The notes under the pieces are model-generated. The model was not told the DNA's origin. It saw nothing but the letters and a program-made list of their open reading frames with translations, and did no database searches. From contig NC_043007.1 in assembly GCF_006345805.1 (NCBI RefSeq), positions 29,016,001 through 29,080,000 on the forward strand: a DNA stretch of 64,000 nt, written 5' to 3'. Shown one piece after another: positions 1-11,595 of the stretch. The stretch comes from Octopus sinensis (Eukaryota). The first letter of the stretch is position 1. The number at the start of each line of letters is the position of its first letter. The translations under genes and the position numbers were made by a program.

Positions 1-191
1 CTTGTGTAGTTATGTATATAATTACTCTAAGTGTATATGTATATATACATATATATACACGCAGTATATGTGGACAGTGGAATGAAAGATTATGTGTATA
101 TATGTACAAAATTATGCTTTTATACATGAGTTTATATAAACATAGATATGCATTTATGTATAGAAATATTACAATATAATGAAGTCATTAG

Positions 192-226
<35 letters not shown>

Positions 227-418
227 ATATATATACATATGTCTGTGTGTATATATATATATATACATATACAAAGTATGCATGTATATATATATATATA
301 TGCATATGTGTATATATATATATGTGTGTGTGTGTGTATATATATATATATACATATATATACATGCATACTTTATATATGTATATATATACACACAGAC
401 ATATATATATATCTGTAT
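1..418. repeat. Compound (TA)n/(TG)n/(CA)n microsatellite tract
   Basis: Directly visible dinucleotide runs. The overlapping YIYI/HTHT ORFs are translation artefacts. Similar tracts recur throughout the window. Confidence 0.95.
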
Positions 419-650
419 AATATAAAAGTTAGAATAGGCCGGTTTATGGGATTACTTTTGGTTTCACATCCATAAATCGCTTAGCCTTATGGCATATCAT
501 CAGATTCCAAAATCCGTTGGCTTGAGGCCTCTCTTGCAAGTGGCCGATCTAGAATATAAAGGAGGATATGACCTCGCTACTCAATGTCAACATCAGGGGA
601 TTGTCTCCCAAAGGTAATCCCATAAACTGATCGATTCTAACTTTTATATT
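419..650. mobile_element. MITE-like element with ~42-bp imperfect terminal inverted repeats
   Basis: Left end aatataaaagttagaataggccggtttatgggattacttttgg matches the reverse complement of right end ccaaaggtaatcccataaactgatcgattctaacttttatatt with a few mismatches. No coding capacity. Confidence 0.75.
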
Positions 651-839
651 GTTTACTGCTCTATAACTTAGAGTGAGCTTCTTTTCTGGATTTATGTTCT
701 ACCGACAGTATATCTGTATATACATATATGCATGAGTACGTATATGTAAATATACATGTGTATGCACACACACACACACACATATATATCTGTGTATGCA
801 TATACATGTATGTACATACATATGTATCAGTATGTATAT

Positions 840-1010
840 GCATATATATAAATATATATATATTTACATACATACCTATATATATACATATATATATGTA
901 TCTATGTATGTATGTATAAACATATCATCATCATCATCATCGTTTAGCGTCCGTTTTAAACGATGATGATGATGATGATATGCTTATACATACATACATA
1001 GATACATATA

Positions 1011-1063
<53 letters not shown>

Positions 1064-1866
1064 ACCAACCTCTTAATATGTTTGTGCTCTTTTGAAACAA
1101 AATTCTTTAAAAAAATAAACAAATGAAAATAAGAAAACCAATGAAAGTTTCAGAAAAACCAGCAGAGGAGGGACAAGAAATGGGAATAAGATTCTATGGA
1201 TTTCACCTCAACAAACCAACTGAACCCAATCAGAAGAGAACCACTGGAAAAATATTTACTTGGATTGTCAAATCACAATAAAATAAATGAAAACTCATTT
1301 TTACTGCCATTTATTTTTCAAATTATTTGACCATTATATTACACACACACACACACACATTTAAATGCCTATATCATTTGTTCAACATTAAATAATATAA
1401 TTTTATATATATATATATATATAAGTAGCAACATTCTAAACACTACTTCCCCTGCACAATGCTTGTTCTGCTGAACATTTTAGATACATCAAAATTCCAT
1501 GATATCTTGACCAATATCAAATGTTAAAGAATACGAGTTCTGTAAAACTATAACAAATCTGTCTCACTCCCAAATATCTAGTGTTATAAACCTTACAGTA
1601 ACATACAAAAGAAAAAGGCAAACACACATATTTGGTTAAGTGGCTGATACAAGAATTTAATATTGTATTTTATACGTGTGTGTATGTATGTGTGCATATA
1701 TATAATATATATATATTTACATACATACCTATATATATACATATATATATGTATCTATGTATGTATGTATAAACATATCATCATCATCATCATCGTTTAG
1801 CGTCCGTTTTAAACGATGATGATGATGATGATGATATGCTTATACATACATACATAGATACATATA

Positions 1867-1921
<55 letters not shown>

Positions 1922-2560
1922 ACCAACCTCTTAATATGTTTGTGCTCTTTTGAAACAAAATTCTTTAAAAAAATAAACAAATGAAAATAAGAAAACCAAT
2001 GAAAGTTTCAGAAAACCAGCAGAGGAGGACCAGAAATGGGAATAAGATTCTATGGATTTCACCTCAACAAACCAACTGAACCCAATCAGAAGAGAACCAC
2101 TGGAAAAATATTTACTTGGATTGTCAAATCACAATAAAATAAATGAAAACTCATTTTTACTGCCATTTATTTTTCAAATTATTTGACCATTATATTACAC
2201 ACACACACACACACATTTAAATGCCTATATCATTTGTTCAACATTAAATAATATAATTTTATATATATATATATATATAAGTAGCAACATTCTAAACACT
2301 ACTTCCCCTGCACAATGCTTGTTCTGCTGAACATTTTAGATACATCAAAATTCCATGATATCTTGACCAATATCAAATGTTAAAGAATACGAGTTCTGTA
2401 AAACTATAACAAATCTGTCTCACTCCCAAATATCTAGTGTTATAAACCTTACAGTAACATACAAAAGAAAAAGGCAAACACACATATTTGGTTAAGTGGC
2501 TGATACAAGAATTTAATATTGTATTTTATACGTGTGTGTATGTATGTGTGCATATATATA
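840..2560. repeat. Head-to-tail tandem duplication, unit ~854 bp (840-1693 and 1694-~2550)
   Basis: The two units are nearly identical by eye. Differences seen: gaaaaaccagcagaggagggacaag vs gaaaaccagcagaggaggaccag, and one extra GAT repeat unit. Junctions lie in gcatatatata microhomology. Confidence 0.95.
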
Positions 2561-2602
2561 TATATATATACACACTTTTATGTGTTTATAAATATACATG
2601 CT

Positions 2603-2633
<31 letters not shown>

Positions 2634-3023
2634 ATTTTCCTGGTGAAGGCCAGTTTATGGGGTTTCTCATCCATAAAGGGTTTAACTTTATGGCATATCG
2701 TCAGACCCCAAGACCTGTTGGCCTATGACCTCTTTAAAATATGGCGGGAAAAAGTCTGAATTATTTCCCTTTGCCAGTGGCTATCAACTTCTGGCTGTAC
2801 TGCATTGTTCAGCTATGACATACATACGCACACACATATATACATGTGTGTGAGTACATGATCCTCATCATTATCATCTTTCCATGCTGGCATGGGTTAG
2901 ACAGTTCCAATGGGTCAGAGGACTACATGTGGCTCCAGCATCTGTTTTTGCAGGATTTCTACAGCCCTTCTCAATACCAGCACAGGTGGGTCATCTAATA
3001 GTTTGCAATACTACAGAGCCCCA

Positions 3024-3450
3024 AGGGGGCAAGCTGGCAGAAACATTAGCAGGCTGGGCAAAATGCTTAGTGGTATTTCATCTGCTGCTACATTCTGAGT
3101 TCAAATTCCGCCAAGGTCGACTTTGCCATTCATCCTTTTGGGGCCGATTAAATAAGTACCAGTTATGCACTGGGGTCGATATAATCGACTTAATCCATTT
3201 GTCCTTGTTTGTCTCCTCTGTGAGTATCCCCTTGTGGGCAGTAAAGAAATAAGAAACGTTAGCATGCCGGAAGACATGCTTAGCGATATTTCGTCTGTCT
3301 TTACATTCTGCATTCAAATTCTGCTGAGGTCTACTTTGCCTTTCATCCTTTCGGGGTCAATAAATTAAGTACCAGTTGTGTACTGGAGTCAATCTAAACG
3401 ACTGGTCCCACCTCTCCAAAAATTTTGAGCCTTGTGCCTAGAGGAGAAAA
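3024..3450 (+). mobile_element. Two tandem copies of tRNA-headed SINE family A (second copy 5'-truncated)
   Basis: A-box-like gctggcagaaacattagc, B-box-like gagttcaaattcc, central block tttcatcctttcggggtcaataaattaagtaccag. The same family occurs at about 19480-19620, 24605-24800, 29160-29540, 32810-33050, 36470-36680, 47305-47530, 59775-59998 and 60845-61040. Confidence 0.85.
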
Positions 3451-4038
3451 GCATACTACAGAGCTCCTTTCAATGAGTAGGAGTATTGTAGAATGGAGGT
3501 ACATTTGTCATAGCAGAGGAGATACATATCTACCTTTCATTGTATAAGAGTGGGTGGGCATAAATGGAGCTGGATAAAGATCGTGATGACATGGTGTTAA
3601 AGTGTACACTCAAGACAGAAGGTGAATAGGAGAGAGTAAAGAGAGAAAACTGGGAAGAGTAGGAAGGTAAAGTGTGTTGGGGGAAAGTGAATGGCGGTTA
3701 GACATTGAGGTCAAAGTGAATGTAACCGAGAAGAGATAAAAAGAGTGAAAGGAATGGTAAATATGAGTAGGTGGAAGATGATGAGAACAAGGGATGGATG
3801 TCAATAGAAGTGACTGAAAGGAGAAAAAGTGATGAGTGGCGAAGTAAAGTTGGTGTGCGTCAAAAGGAGAGATGAGAATGAGGTGTGGATGACAATAGGA
3901 AATGATTGGTGGGGGGGGATGAGGAGAGATAACTGATAGCAGAGAAATGAAAGAAATATGCAGTAGTTAGAAGAAATAATGGAGGTATCAGAGGTGGGAG
4001 GGATGGCTTGACAGAGACAAATCGGGCAAGGAGCCCAG

Positions 4039-4090
<52 letters not shown>

Positions 4091-5430
4091 ACATTATGCT
4101 GCCAGAAGATTGGTTTCACTGTGATAGAAGGGTGTTCTTGAGTGCAGAATATTGCCAATCAGCTCAGTGTTTTGCCATCTCCTCCTGAGACTGACTTTTA
4201 CAACTTCATCTTACATTTTTCTGGGTCTCCCTCTTACAAAAGTTCCTGGCACAGTAATTGGTACTTCTTTGTACAGTTGTCTTCATCCATGTCATACCCC
4301 GTTCCAACACAGTCTTCTTTCTTGCCCACTACATTTAATGCTTCTTTACTCCGTTGTTCATGCACACCAACATTGGGCATCCTTTAGAGCATCCTCACTT
4401 CATTTCTTTTTAGTTTTTCACATGACTTCTGCATTCACAGCCCACATCTCACTACCATGTATTATTGCTGTTCATACACAAACATCATGCAGTCTGCTGT
4501 CAGTCGGAGACAGAGGCCTCTTGCCACCATCAGAAGTAATAGCTCTTGGAACTTCCTTCATCCTATTTTTACTCTAGCATCTATATTTTCAAAACATCCT
4601 CCTCCACAGGTAATTAGGTCATGTAGGTAACAGAACCTATCTATTATATCTAGCGATTCTCCTGGCTATTCAAGAAAATCTATTTTCCAGGCACCCTTAG
4701 AGTTTTTTGGTCCTTTGCATCTGCCGCATACAAAGTTCACTTTCCCTATTAACCTGCCTATAATACTACTTCACCTTTTTGTATGCCTTAACTTGCAACA
4801 GGTACACTGTATGGAATTTGTACTTACTCCTTTTCTACAAATCAAACAGGACCCTTCTTCTAAAGGGAGTAGAGACCTGTGTTTTCTTACTAAAACTGTT
4901 GAAGGTTTTCTCCACGATGATCAATGTTTAGTGGCTTATTTTTTTAGGCAAATGCTTCTTTCTTTGCCTCACTAGAAAGAGGAGATCAGTATTGCTTCTT
5001 GCTGACACAAAACTGCATCTCATCCATCCTAAATCTCTTCCCAACTAATTGAACTATAAACTCTGTTCCTTTCAAAACCTGTTCCAGCAACTTGATTTCC
5101 TTGTAATTACTTCTCTCTCTCTCTCTCTCTCTAAGGTATCTCCTTTATCCTCGTAACAGCTGACTATGATGCTGCTGCATCAGTCATTAGGTTTAACACC
5201 TTCCTGATTAACCTTATTAACAATATGGGTGACTAGGCTCTATCCTGCTCCGACAGATATTTTAAGCCCCTCAGCAACAACTGCTGATGGACCAGAGGCT
5301 TTCCTTGTCTTAATCTCCTTTGGTCCCTGAGTTGGGTCAACATAGTCTTCAGTCACCTCCTTCATCAAACATCTTGAGATCATTTTTCAACATCCCTTCT
5401 CAAGCCTTCCTCAATCAATCTCTCTTTACC
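4091..5430 (-). mobile_element. Degraded RTE-clade LINE ORF2 fragment (linker, RT remnant and C-terminus)
   Basis: Manual minus-strand translation gives EIKTRKASGPS, DIIDRFCYLHDLITCGGGCFENIDARVKIG*RKFQELL and AIIHGSEMWAV, matching RTE motifs GKAPGP, VDSFCYLG and LHGSETW. Many stops and frameshifts. Confidence 0.8.
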
Positions 5431-5439
5431 ACTTTGAGC

Positions 5440-6275
5440 TTTTAGCATTTATGTAGTTGTCATCCTCCATTTGCATCTCATGTCCATACCAGAGCAGCCA
5501 CCTCTCCTGCATACTGTATCTGATTCCTTTTATACCCAGTTTGTTTCTCACTTCATTTATACTCTATCACTCATATACACTAACATTGCACATTTCCTTC
5601 CAGCTTTGATATGAATTCTGCTCTCAATCCTACGTCTTTCTGCCATGCTACAGTGTACATTGCACACCAGCATTATACAGTCTTCCCTTGATTTTGAGAG
5701 ATAAACCCTTTGTTGCCAGCAACTTACTCCAACCTGTTCTTATATTTTGCTGATCACACATTCAAAACATCCACCATCACTGCTTATGTGATCTCCTGGG
5801 TAGATAAAGCTATCAACTGTTGCTAGGAAACCATCTGGGTATTTGAGAGGATCTATTTCCTGAGCACCCTTCATGTGTCTGCTACATCTGAAATCCACCC
5901 TCTCTCTTACCCTGTCTTCAATACTCCCGCATCTTTTCTCAGTCCATTCTATACACTGGGCATATCTTATAGAATTTCTACTGAATCCTTTTTTGCCAGT
6001 GGATCAAGACCGTTTTCCAGATACCTTAGGGGCTCCTGTCTTCCTTCCTACTAATGATTTTTCAAAATTTACCTTAGAGCCCTTCAATTCCAGGTTCTGA
6101 TTCCATGTCTGGAATTTCAGCTTCAAGTCTTCCACAGTCTACACTAAGAGCTAATTTGTCAGACTACACGAGTTCCCAAGGACAGATGGTCTTAAGTGCC
6201 CCTGTTATGGCTGGAAGGTCTTTGATAGGACAGGGCTGAGGACTAAATCCTGATATACCCCACTTGCACACTCAA
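5440..6275 (-). mobile_element. Second degraded RTE-clade LINE fragment (RT core to C-terminus)
   Basis: Minus strand reads GVYQDLVLSP, CPWELV*SDKLAL (degenerate YADD), TVDSFIYPG and LLATKGLSLKIKGRLY. Confidence 0.8.
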
Positions 6276-6836
6276 TTTATTGCTGAACCCTGATTCACAC
6301 CTTACTGACCACCCCTTCATACAGGGATTATGCAGCCCTCATAAATGTATGCATGTATGGATGTATCTACAGACGTGTGTGTGTGCATGCGTGTGCGCAC
6401 TTTCATACAAACATATTATTTCAATCTGGATTCCACAAGTTGAAATATATTTAATAAGAAACTTTAAATTGCCTGTATTTAAATTTAAACTTTAAATTAA
6501 CTGGATTACAGTTAAACTAATTAATAATTCAACTCTTACATGTAATTAACAAAGTAAAGAAGAGCAAATTAGAAGAAAACTTGATGAATTTTGAGGAAAA
6601 AAAACAACTTTTTTTTAATGCTCTGCTGTTATCAATCATGTAAGAGGATTAAATATTTGTAGAGTGAAATTAAATGTTGAAATTAAATACAACAAGCCCA
6701 GAGGAAGAGCAGAGCAAAAAGAGAATAAATTGAGATTGTATAAAGCTGAGAGACGTACCAGGGCTGAAGTGGCCACCAAGACTTGGCACAATATGTTGCT
6801 GTAAAATGATTAGAGAACTGTGATGTATTTTAATAG

Positions 6837-6887
6837 GAAAAGAAGGATCACCATTAACCACAGAAGGCAAAAACTGGAATGATGGAG
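6837..6887 (+). CDS. Candidate internal coding exon (51 nt, phase 1-1; KEGSPLTTEGKNWNDG)
   Basis: Acceptor gtattttaatag, donor GAG|gtaaat, open frame, unique non-repeat context. No homologue recognised. Confidence 0.35.
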
Positions 6888-7888
6888 GTAAATTTCCTAT
6901 CTCAGCAGCTAGACAAGATATTTGCCTCTTGGTTTTTTTTTTCTATTCTAACCAATTAAAATATTTCATCTGGTAACACAATTTACTCCGAGTGTCTTCA
7001 TAGATATCATTATTAAAAGTTACAAAGTATTTTGTCTTTTATTAATATTATTATTATTTAAATATATTTGCATACACTTCAGTTTCTGATATATTCCAAA
7101 GAAAAATTATCAACTCGCTCTTAAACATATTTTCTTTTATAAAATTTAAATAGAAAAGAAAAATATCAATTCAAATCTTTCATATTTAGAAAAATTTATA
7201 TTAACTAATTTTTAAATTAATATTTTGAATAAACACATTTTCAACAATCTAAACAGCTCACAACTACTGAAATATATTTATTATTTATATTATAAATACA
7301 AGGCCCCAATTCTGGTGGTGAGCTTGTGGGGTTTGCAGTCACTTATATCAACACCTGTATTTGAGTGCTACTTATTTTGTCAACCTTGACAAGGATTTTC
7401 CATTTATATATACACCATCCTACCTATTGTTTTCACCCACTGTGATTATGTAAGAAACAAATATAACTTATTTCTAGTAACCATGATTTGTTATACTAAC
7501 CTGACCTCATGCTGAAATATATCACATAAAAACCAATCTTTAGCAATGCCAATATTAAGCTTGCACTGTTTATGGAAGTAAACAATATTGTGAGATGCTG
7601 GTAAATGATCTTAAAATTATTGTCTCAACGTAACACTGCAACATTTTTAGAAATTATAATAAAAAATTTACTTTTATATTGAAATTTCGTACACTTTTTG
7701 TTATCTTTTGCTTCTTTTTAAAATTTTTATGCAAAATATTTATAATTTAATTCTTTTATTGAAGCATATTTATGCTTAAATGATGCAAAATACCTTTTGG
7801 TTTATAGCAGCTGTGTTCAAATCCAGAAACTGTTCCTTAGCAAAATACTATAAATTCTTCTCTCAGTTATCTGCATATTGTTTTTCAG

Positions 7889-7934
7889 GTAGAAGTGAAT
7901 TGTCTACCATTATCTTCGTCAACTCACCATCTTG
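7889..7934 (+). CDS. Candidate internal coding exon (46 nt, phase 1-2; RSELSTIIFVNSPS)
   Basis: Acceptor gcatattgtttttcag, donor TTG|gtaatg; phase-compatible with the 6837 candidate. Confidence 0.3.
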
Positions 7935-8869
7935 GTAATGACAAAAGAGAGATTACGTATGATGTATATTAAATGTGTTTCACCAGGACTAGCAATGGTG
8001 GAAATCAGGACTCCGATCCCATGAGCATTAATATATATATATATATATCACTGCATCACCAGTCATTTGTCGGATATAACATCCTGAGATCATTTCTCAC
8101 CCCCTCATCCCAAAATCTTTCAGCAGGAGAAAGCGACCAAGGACAACTTGGGATAATGTAGTGGAAAGTGATCTCCAGATGTTACATCTGGCAAAAGAGA
8201 TGACTGTCGAATGGTGATACACGCAGTGTTGCAGAAGACCCAGCCTCCCACACAAGCTTAGTTCACCCCTCCTCCCACCCTCTACTCAACCCCTTCAATC
8301 TCCCTCCTCACTGCTCTTATCACTGAATCTCTATCACAAATCCCCCTTCCATTACCTGCATCCATTTTATCTTTTTCTCATCCACCACTTTATCCACCCA
8401 TGTATAACATGAGGTAGCACCACACCCCGTCTCCCTCCCCACTCCCCCTCCCTCTCTATCTCACATTACACTTTCTTTCTTATTGCCTCCTTCCCTAATA
8501 GTGTCCCTACTGCTCTCGTCACAGAATCCACCTGAAACTACCAGATGACTGCAATGCACTGTACATGAACAATCAGGACTAAGACGTTAAATAATGTCAA
8601 CTTCATTTCTCAGCTTAACTGACCATAGCCAGGATGTTGAAGAATTAGGAGGCTTTAATTAATGATACTCTTATTCAAGAGCAAAAGTATGACTGCACCC
8701 TTCAACACAGAAACCCATTCAGACATAGATGCAAGCACATCTTTCGTCTAATGCTATCGTGACTAAGTGCCATCTGTAGAGAAATTAGCATGTAATCAAT
8801 ATCGGAATTAATTTGTGAGATCAAATAAATTAAATAAATTCCGGCTCTTAGCTCTGCCAGTATGAGAGG

Positions 8870-9075
8870 GCTTTTCTGTCAGGATAAAACGAAGATTGAA
8901 TGTTGCGCATGTGTGAAATGCAATGCTGCAAGGCAGTAAGGCATGGAGAGAGAAGTTGTGGAGATTAAGAAATGAAGTAAGTGTTCTTCACTGGATGTGT
9001 AAAGTTAGTGTGTATGAAGAACAAAGTATTAAAGATGCACCAAGAAGCATCTGTTTAACTGTGAGAGATGCCAGA
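8870..9075 (+). mobile_element. RTE LINE C-terminal fragment
   Basis: gcatgtgtgaaatgcaatgctgcaaggcagtaaggcatgg resembles the ACVRSAMLHGSETW motif; ORF 8923 reads LQGSKAW...VLHWMCKVSV. Confidence 0.6.
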
Positions 9076-9847
9076 TGCCAACAAATATTGACTTATCAGT
9101 TCCAACTGAAATTATTATCTTTTCTGTATTTTAAAATCACTCAAATCTTAGCACTTCAATATTTTCCCCAGTTCAAGTCTTCTCACTTATTAAGAATATC
9201 TTTCAATCAAATCACAAAACTTCATTCAGTCATAACCTCAAATGTTTATCAATCACATCAATAAAGATCTATAATTTCACATCATGAAAAATCTATCAAT
9301 CACATAATCATCAAAGACCTATTAAAGATACAAAATGTCAGCTGTCTCACTTTTACCAAACATCTTCACCTTTCATATGGTGTAAACATTATGATTTTCC
9401 TCAACAACTGAAATGGTGTTGGAATTTATTGAAACCAAGTTTGAAATAAAAAAGAAAGAAAGAACAAACAAAAGAACAAACAACTCACAGGGTGAAAGTC
9501 ATAAAATAAAAGAATTTCTTAAGATTAAATTATTACGATTTTATAAAGCTATCCACTATTTTGTTTAACAGATAAAATTGCTGTCAAATGCTGCCTCATA
9601 TTTTGTTGTTTTCTTAGACAATTTTCCCACACTAAGTGTATAAAAAAAAACATCAGTTTTCTTTCTCATAATTAGATATTAATAAGTATCTTTAATGTAG
9701 CAGCACACTCTGGTAGACACGGTCTCCTTAAGAATAATTATAGTCATAACAATACTCTATCTCAGTTGTAGGAAGTATCGTGTGAGAAAAGTATTGCTCT
9801 AATAATCCAAGAGGCTTTAGTTGACACATCATTCTACTTCTTAATAG

Positions 9848-9871
9848 GTTCACCTCCTCTTCTAAACTACA
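9848..9871 (+). CDS. Candidate 24-nt microexon
   Basis: Acceptor ttctacttcttaatag, consensus donor CA|gtaagt, length divisible by 3. Open in phase 1 (SPPLLNY) and phase 2 (FTSSSKL), stop in phase 0. Confidence 0.35.
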
Positions 9872-10150
9872 GTAAGTAGTCCTCTGTAATGAGAACCAGT
9901 TACTAGAGTTTAGAAGAGGATTTCTCAGCTAAGTTACTTCAACTGAAATCAGTTGTAAAAGATAATTTTGAAACAATTATTTCCACTAGCTGACCTCAAG
10001 ATTCAATACTTAATATTTTGATATTTCATCATACATCACAGCTCCCAAAAACTCAGCTTGTTTTATTTTCTTTTTTCATAACTGTTTTATATTAATCCTA
10101 CACAACAAACCGGTTCTTATTTTTTCATAAGATTCTGTCTTAAATGTTAG

Positions 10151-10201
10151 GACATTGACTTGTCTATAAATGAACTTACAAACTATTTAAAACTGCTTCA
10201 G
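10151..10201 (+). CDS. Candidate coding exon (DIDLSINELTNYLKLLQ); alternative stronger acceptor at 10131
   Basis: Acceptor ...aaatgttag, donor CAG|gttaga, phase 0-0, helix-like peptide. Confidence 0.4.
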
Positions 10202-11278
10202 GTTAGACTGATTAACTTGTGTATGGGTAGCTGTTTATATTCGACAGCACCAACATTTATAAATCTTAGCACTGGTGAATGTGGAAGAATAGCTGAAAAA
10301 TTTGGGGTTCTGCATGTCATGTTTTTTCATAAAAATAAGTACAACAGAAGGTTAAGTTAATGTAGTTACTCCTGTTTTCAGACAATTCCCTTTTATCATG
10401 ACCAGAATTTAATTCCTGCACATGTTATTCTGATTAATCTTAAGCTATCACTATTTTTCAAAATTTCTTCATTATTTCTGCAAATACCAAGTGATTTCTG
10501 CTTATCAAGCACTGAATTGATTCTGCTTCCTAATGGTCTAGAATTAGCATAAATGGATCACTGGAGAGCGATTATAGCATGCAAGACATTTAAATCATCA
10601 TATCCTTTATTTACAGAATTCGAACCTAAATTTTCATTTAAAAATTGTAGACATAACCAACAATACAGTTTATCATTATCAAAAGCATTTCCACAATTCT
10701 AAGTCACCGTTCAGAGTTAAATTATCTCGTATACCCTTTACGTACTTTCCATCAAGTTTTATGTCCGAACAAGTCTTCCATTGTTGATAATGCAACTTTG
10801 GTCGATTGTCCAATGCGTCCTGGCACTTTTTAAAGTGGTAAGGTGTGATTTACAAGGAGATACATATTCATATATATTCAAGGCATTTAGTCATTATAGA
10901 CCCAGTCTACTTGGTCATAAACAGGTGCCATGAAGAGACATAATTTTACAACCATAAAAAGTGGAGTCTTTGAAAAGCAAGTGGTAAGCACTTGGTAGGC
11001 AGGGTAGAGTGTAATAAGAAATTTGCTATGTAACCACGGACTTTTAGGTTCCAACCCACTGTGTAGCACTTTCTACTGACCATATCTTGTTTGACCATTG
11101 CCTTTTGATGGAAATTATGCAAAAGGCTGTCGTGTGTACATGCATGCATGTGTGTGTGTACTAGTTTTAGAGCAGGTGCACTGCATCTGTGCAAGTAAGA
11201 GGTATCTAGAAGGGTTGGCAAGAAAAAGAGCTTCCAGCTGTAAAATGCTGTCTCAGAAACCTATTTAACTGATTGTAG

Positions 11279-11426
11279 AAAGGAAAAGTGGATGAATTAT
11301 ATTTACATCAGACAGAAAATTACCAAATAACTGGTGCATCAAACAAAAATAATTGTAATTGTTTATGGATTCATCATAGCAGACTCTGCTATAATGAATC
11401 CATAAACACACACAGAACATCTAAGG
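11279..11426 (+). CDS. Candidate coding exon (148 nt, phase 0-1; KGKVDELYLHQTENYQITGASNKNNCNCLWIHHSRLCYNESINTHRTSK)
   Basis: Acceptor aactgattgtag, donor AAGG|gtatgt, 49 open codons in AT-rich unique DNA, phase-compatible with the 10151 candidate. Confidence 0.45.
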
Positions 11427-11595
11427 GTATGTTTTTTCCCTCTGAAGATATTATGCTCAGGACATATGAATTTAATATTTAATTAATTCACCGAGTATTA
11501 ATTGAAACAGCTGTAAGGGATGATGATTGATTTGTTGTTAATAATAAACAATTATTAACTTCCCAATCTCCATTTTCTTTCTCTTCTTATTTATA

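Noticed and set aside
132-1122. ORFs rich in YI/HT/VC dipeptides (also at 14563-15044, 17989, 30443, 35621-36287, 42433-43152, 56723-57250)
   Set aside because: They are translations of stop-free di- and trinucleotide microsatellites.
3540-4040. Purine-rich tracts giving long antisense S/L/P/F-rich ORFs (also 8220-8520, 15240-15450, 39640-40440, 42820-43440, 48030-48430)
   Set aside because: Low-complexity strand-biased sequence with no domain motifs; the ORFs reflect stop scarcity.
6837-6887. Resemblance of GSPLTTEGKNWNDG to a laminin-G/usherin NDG motif
   Set aside because: Too short, and the neighbouring candidate exons do not continue a laminin-G pattern, so no gene symbol was assigned.
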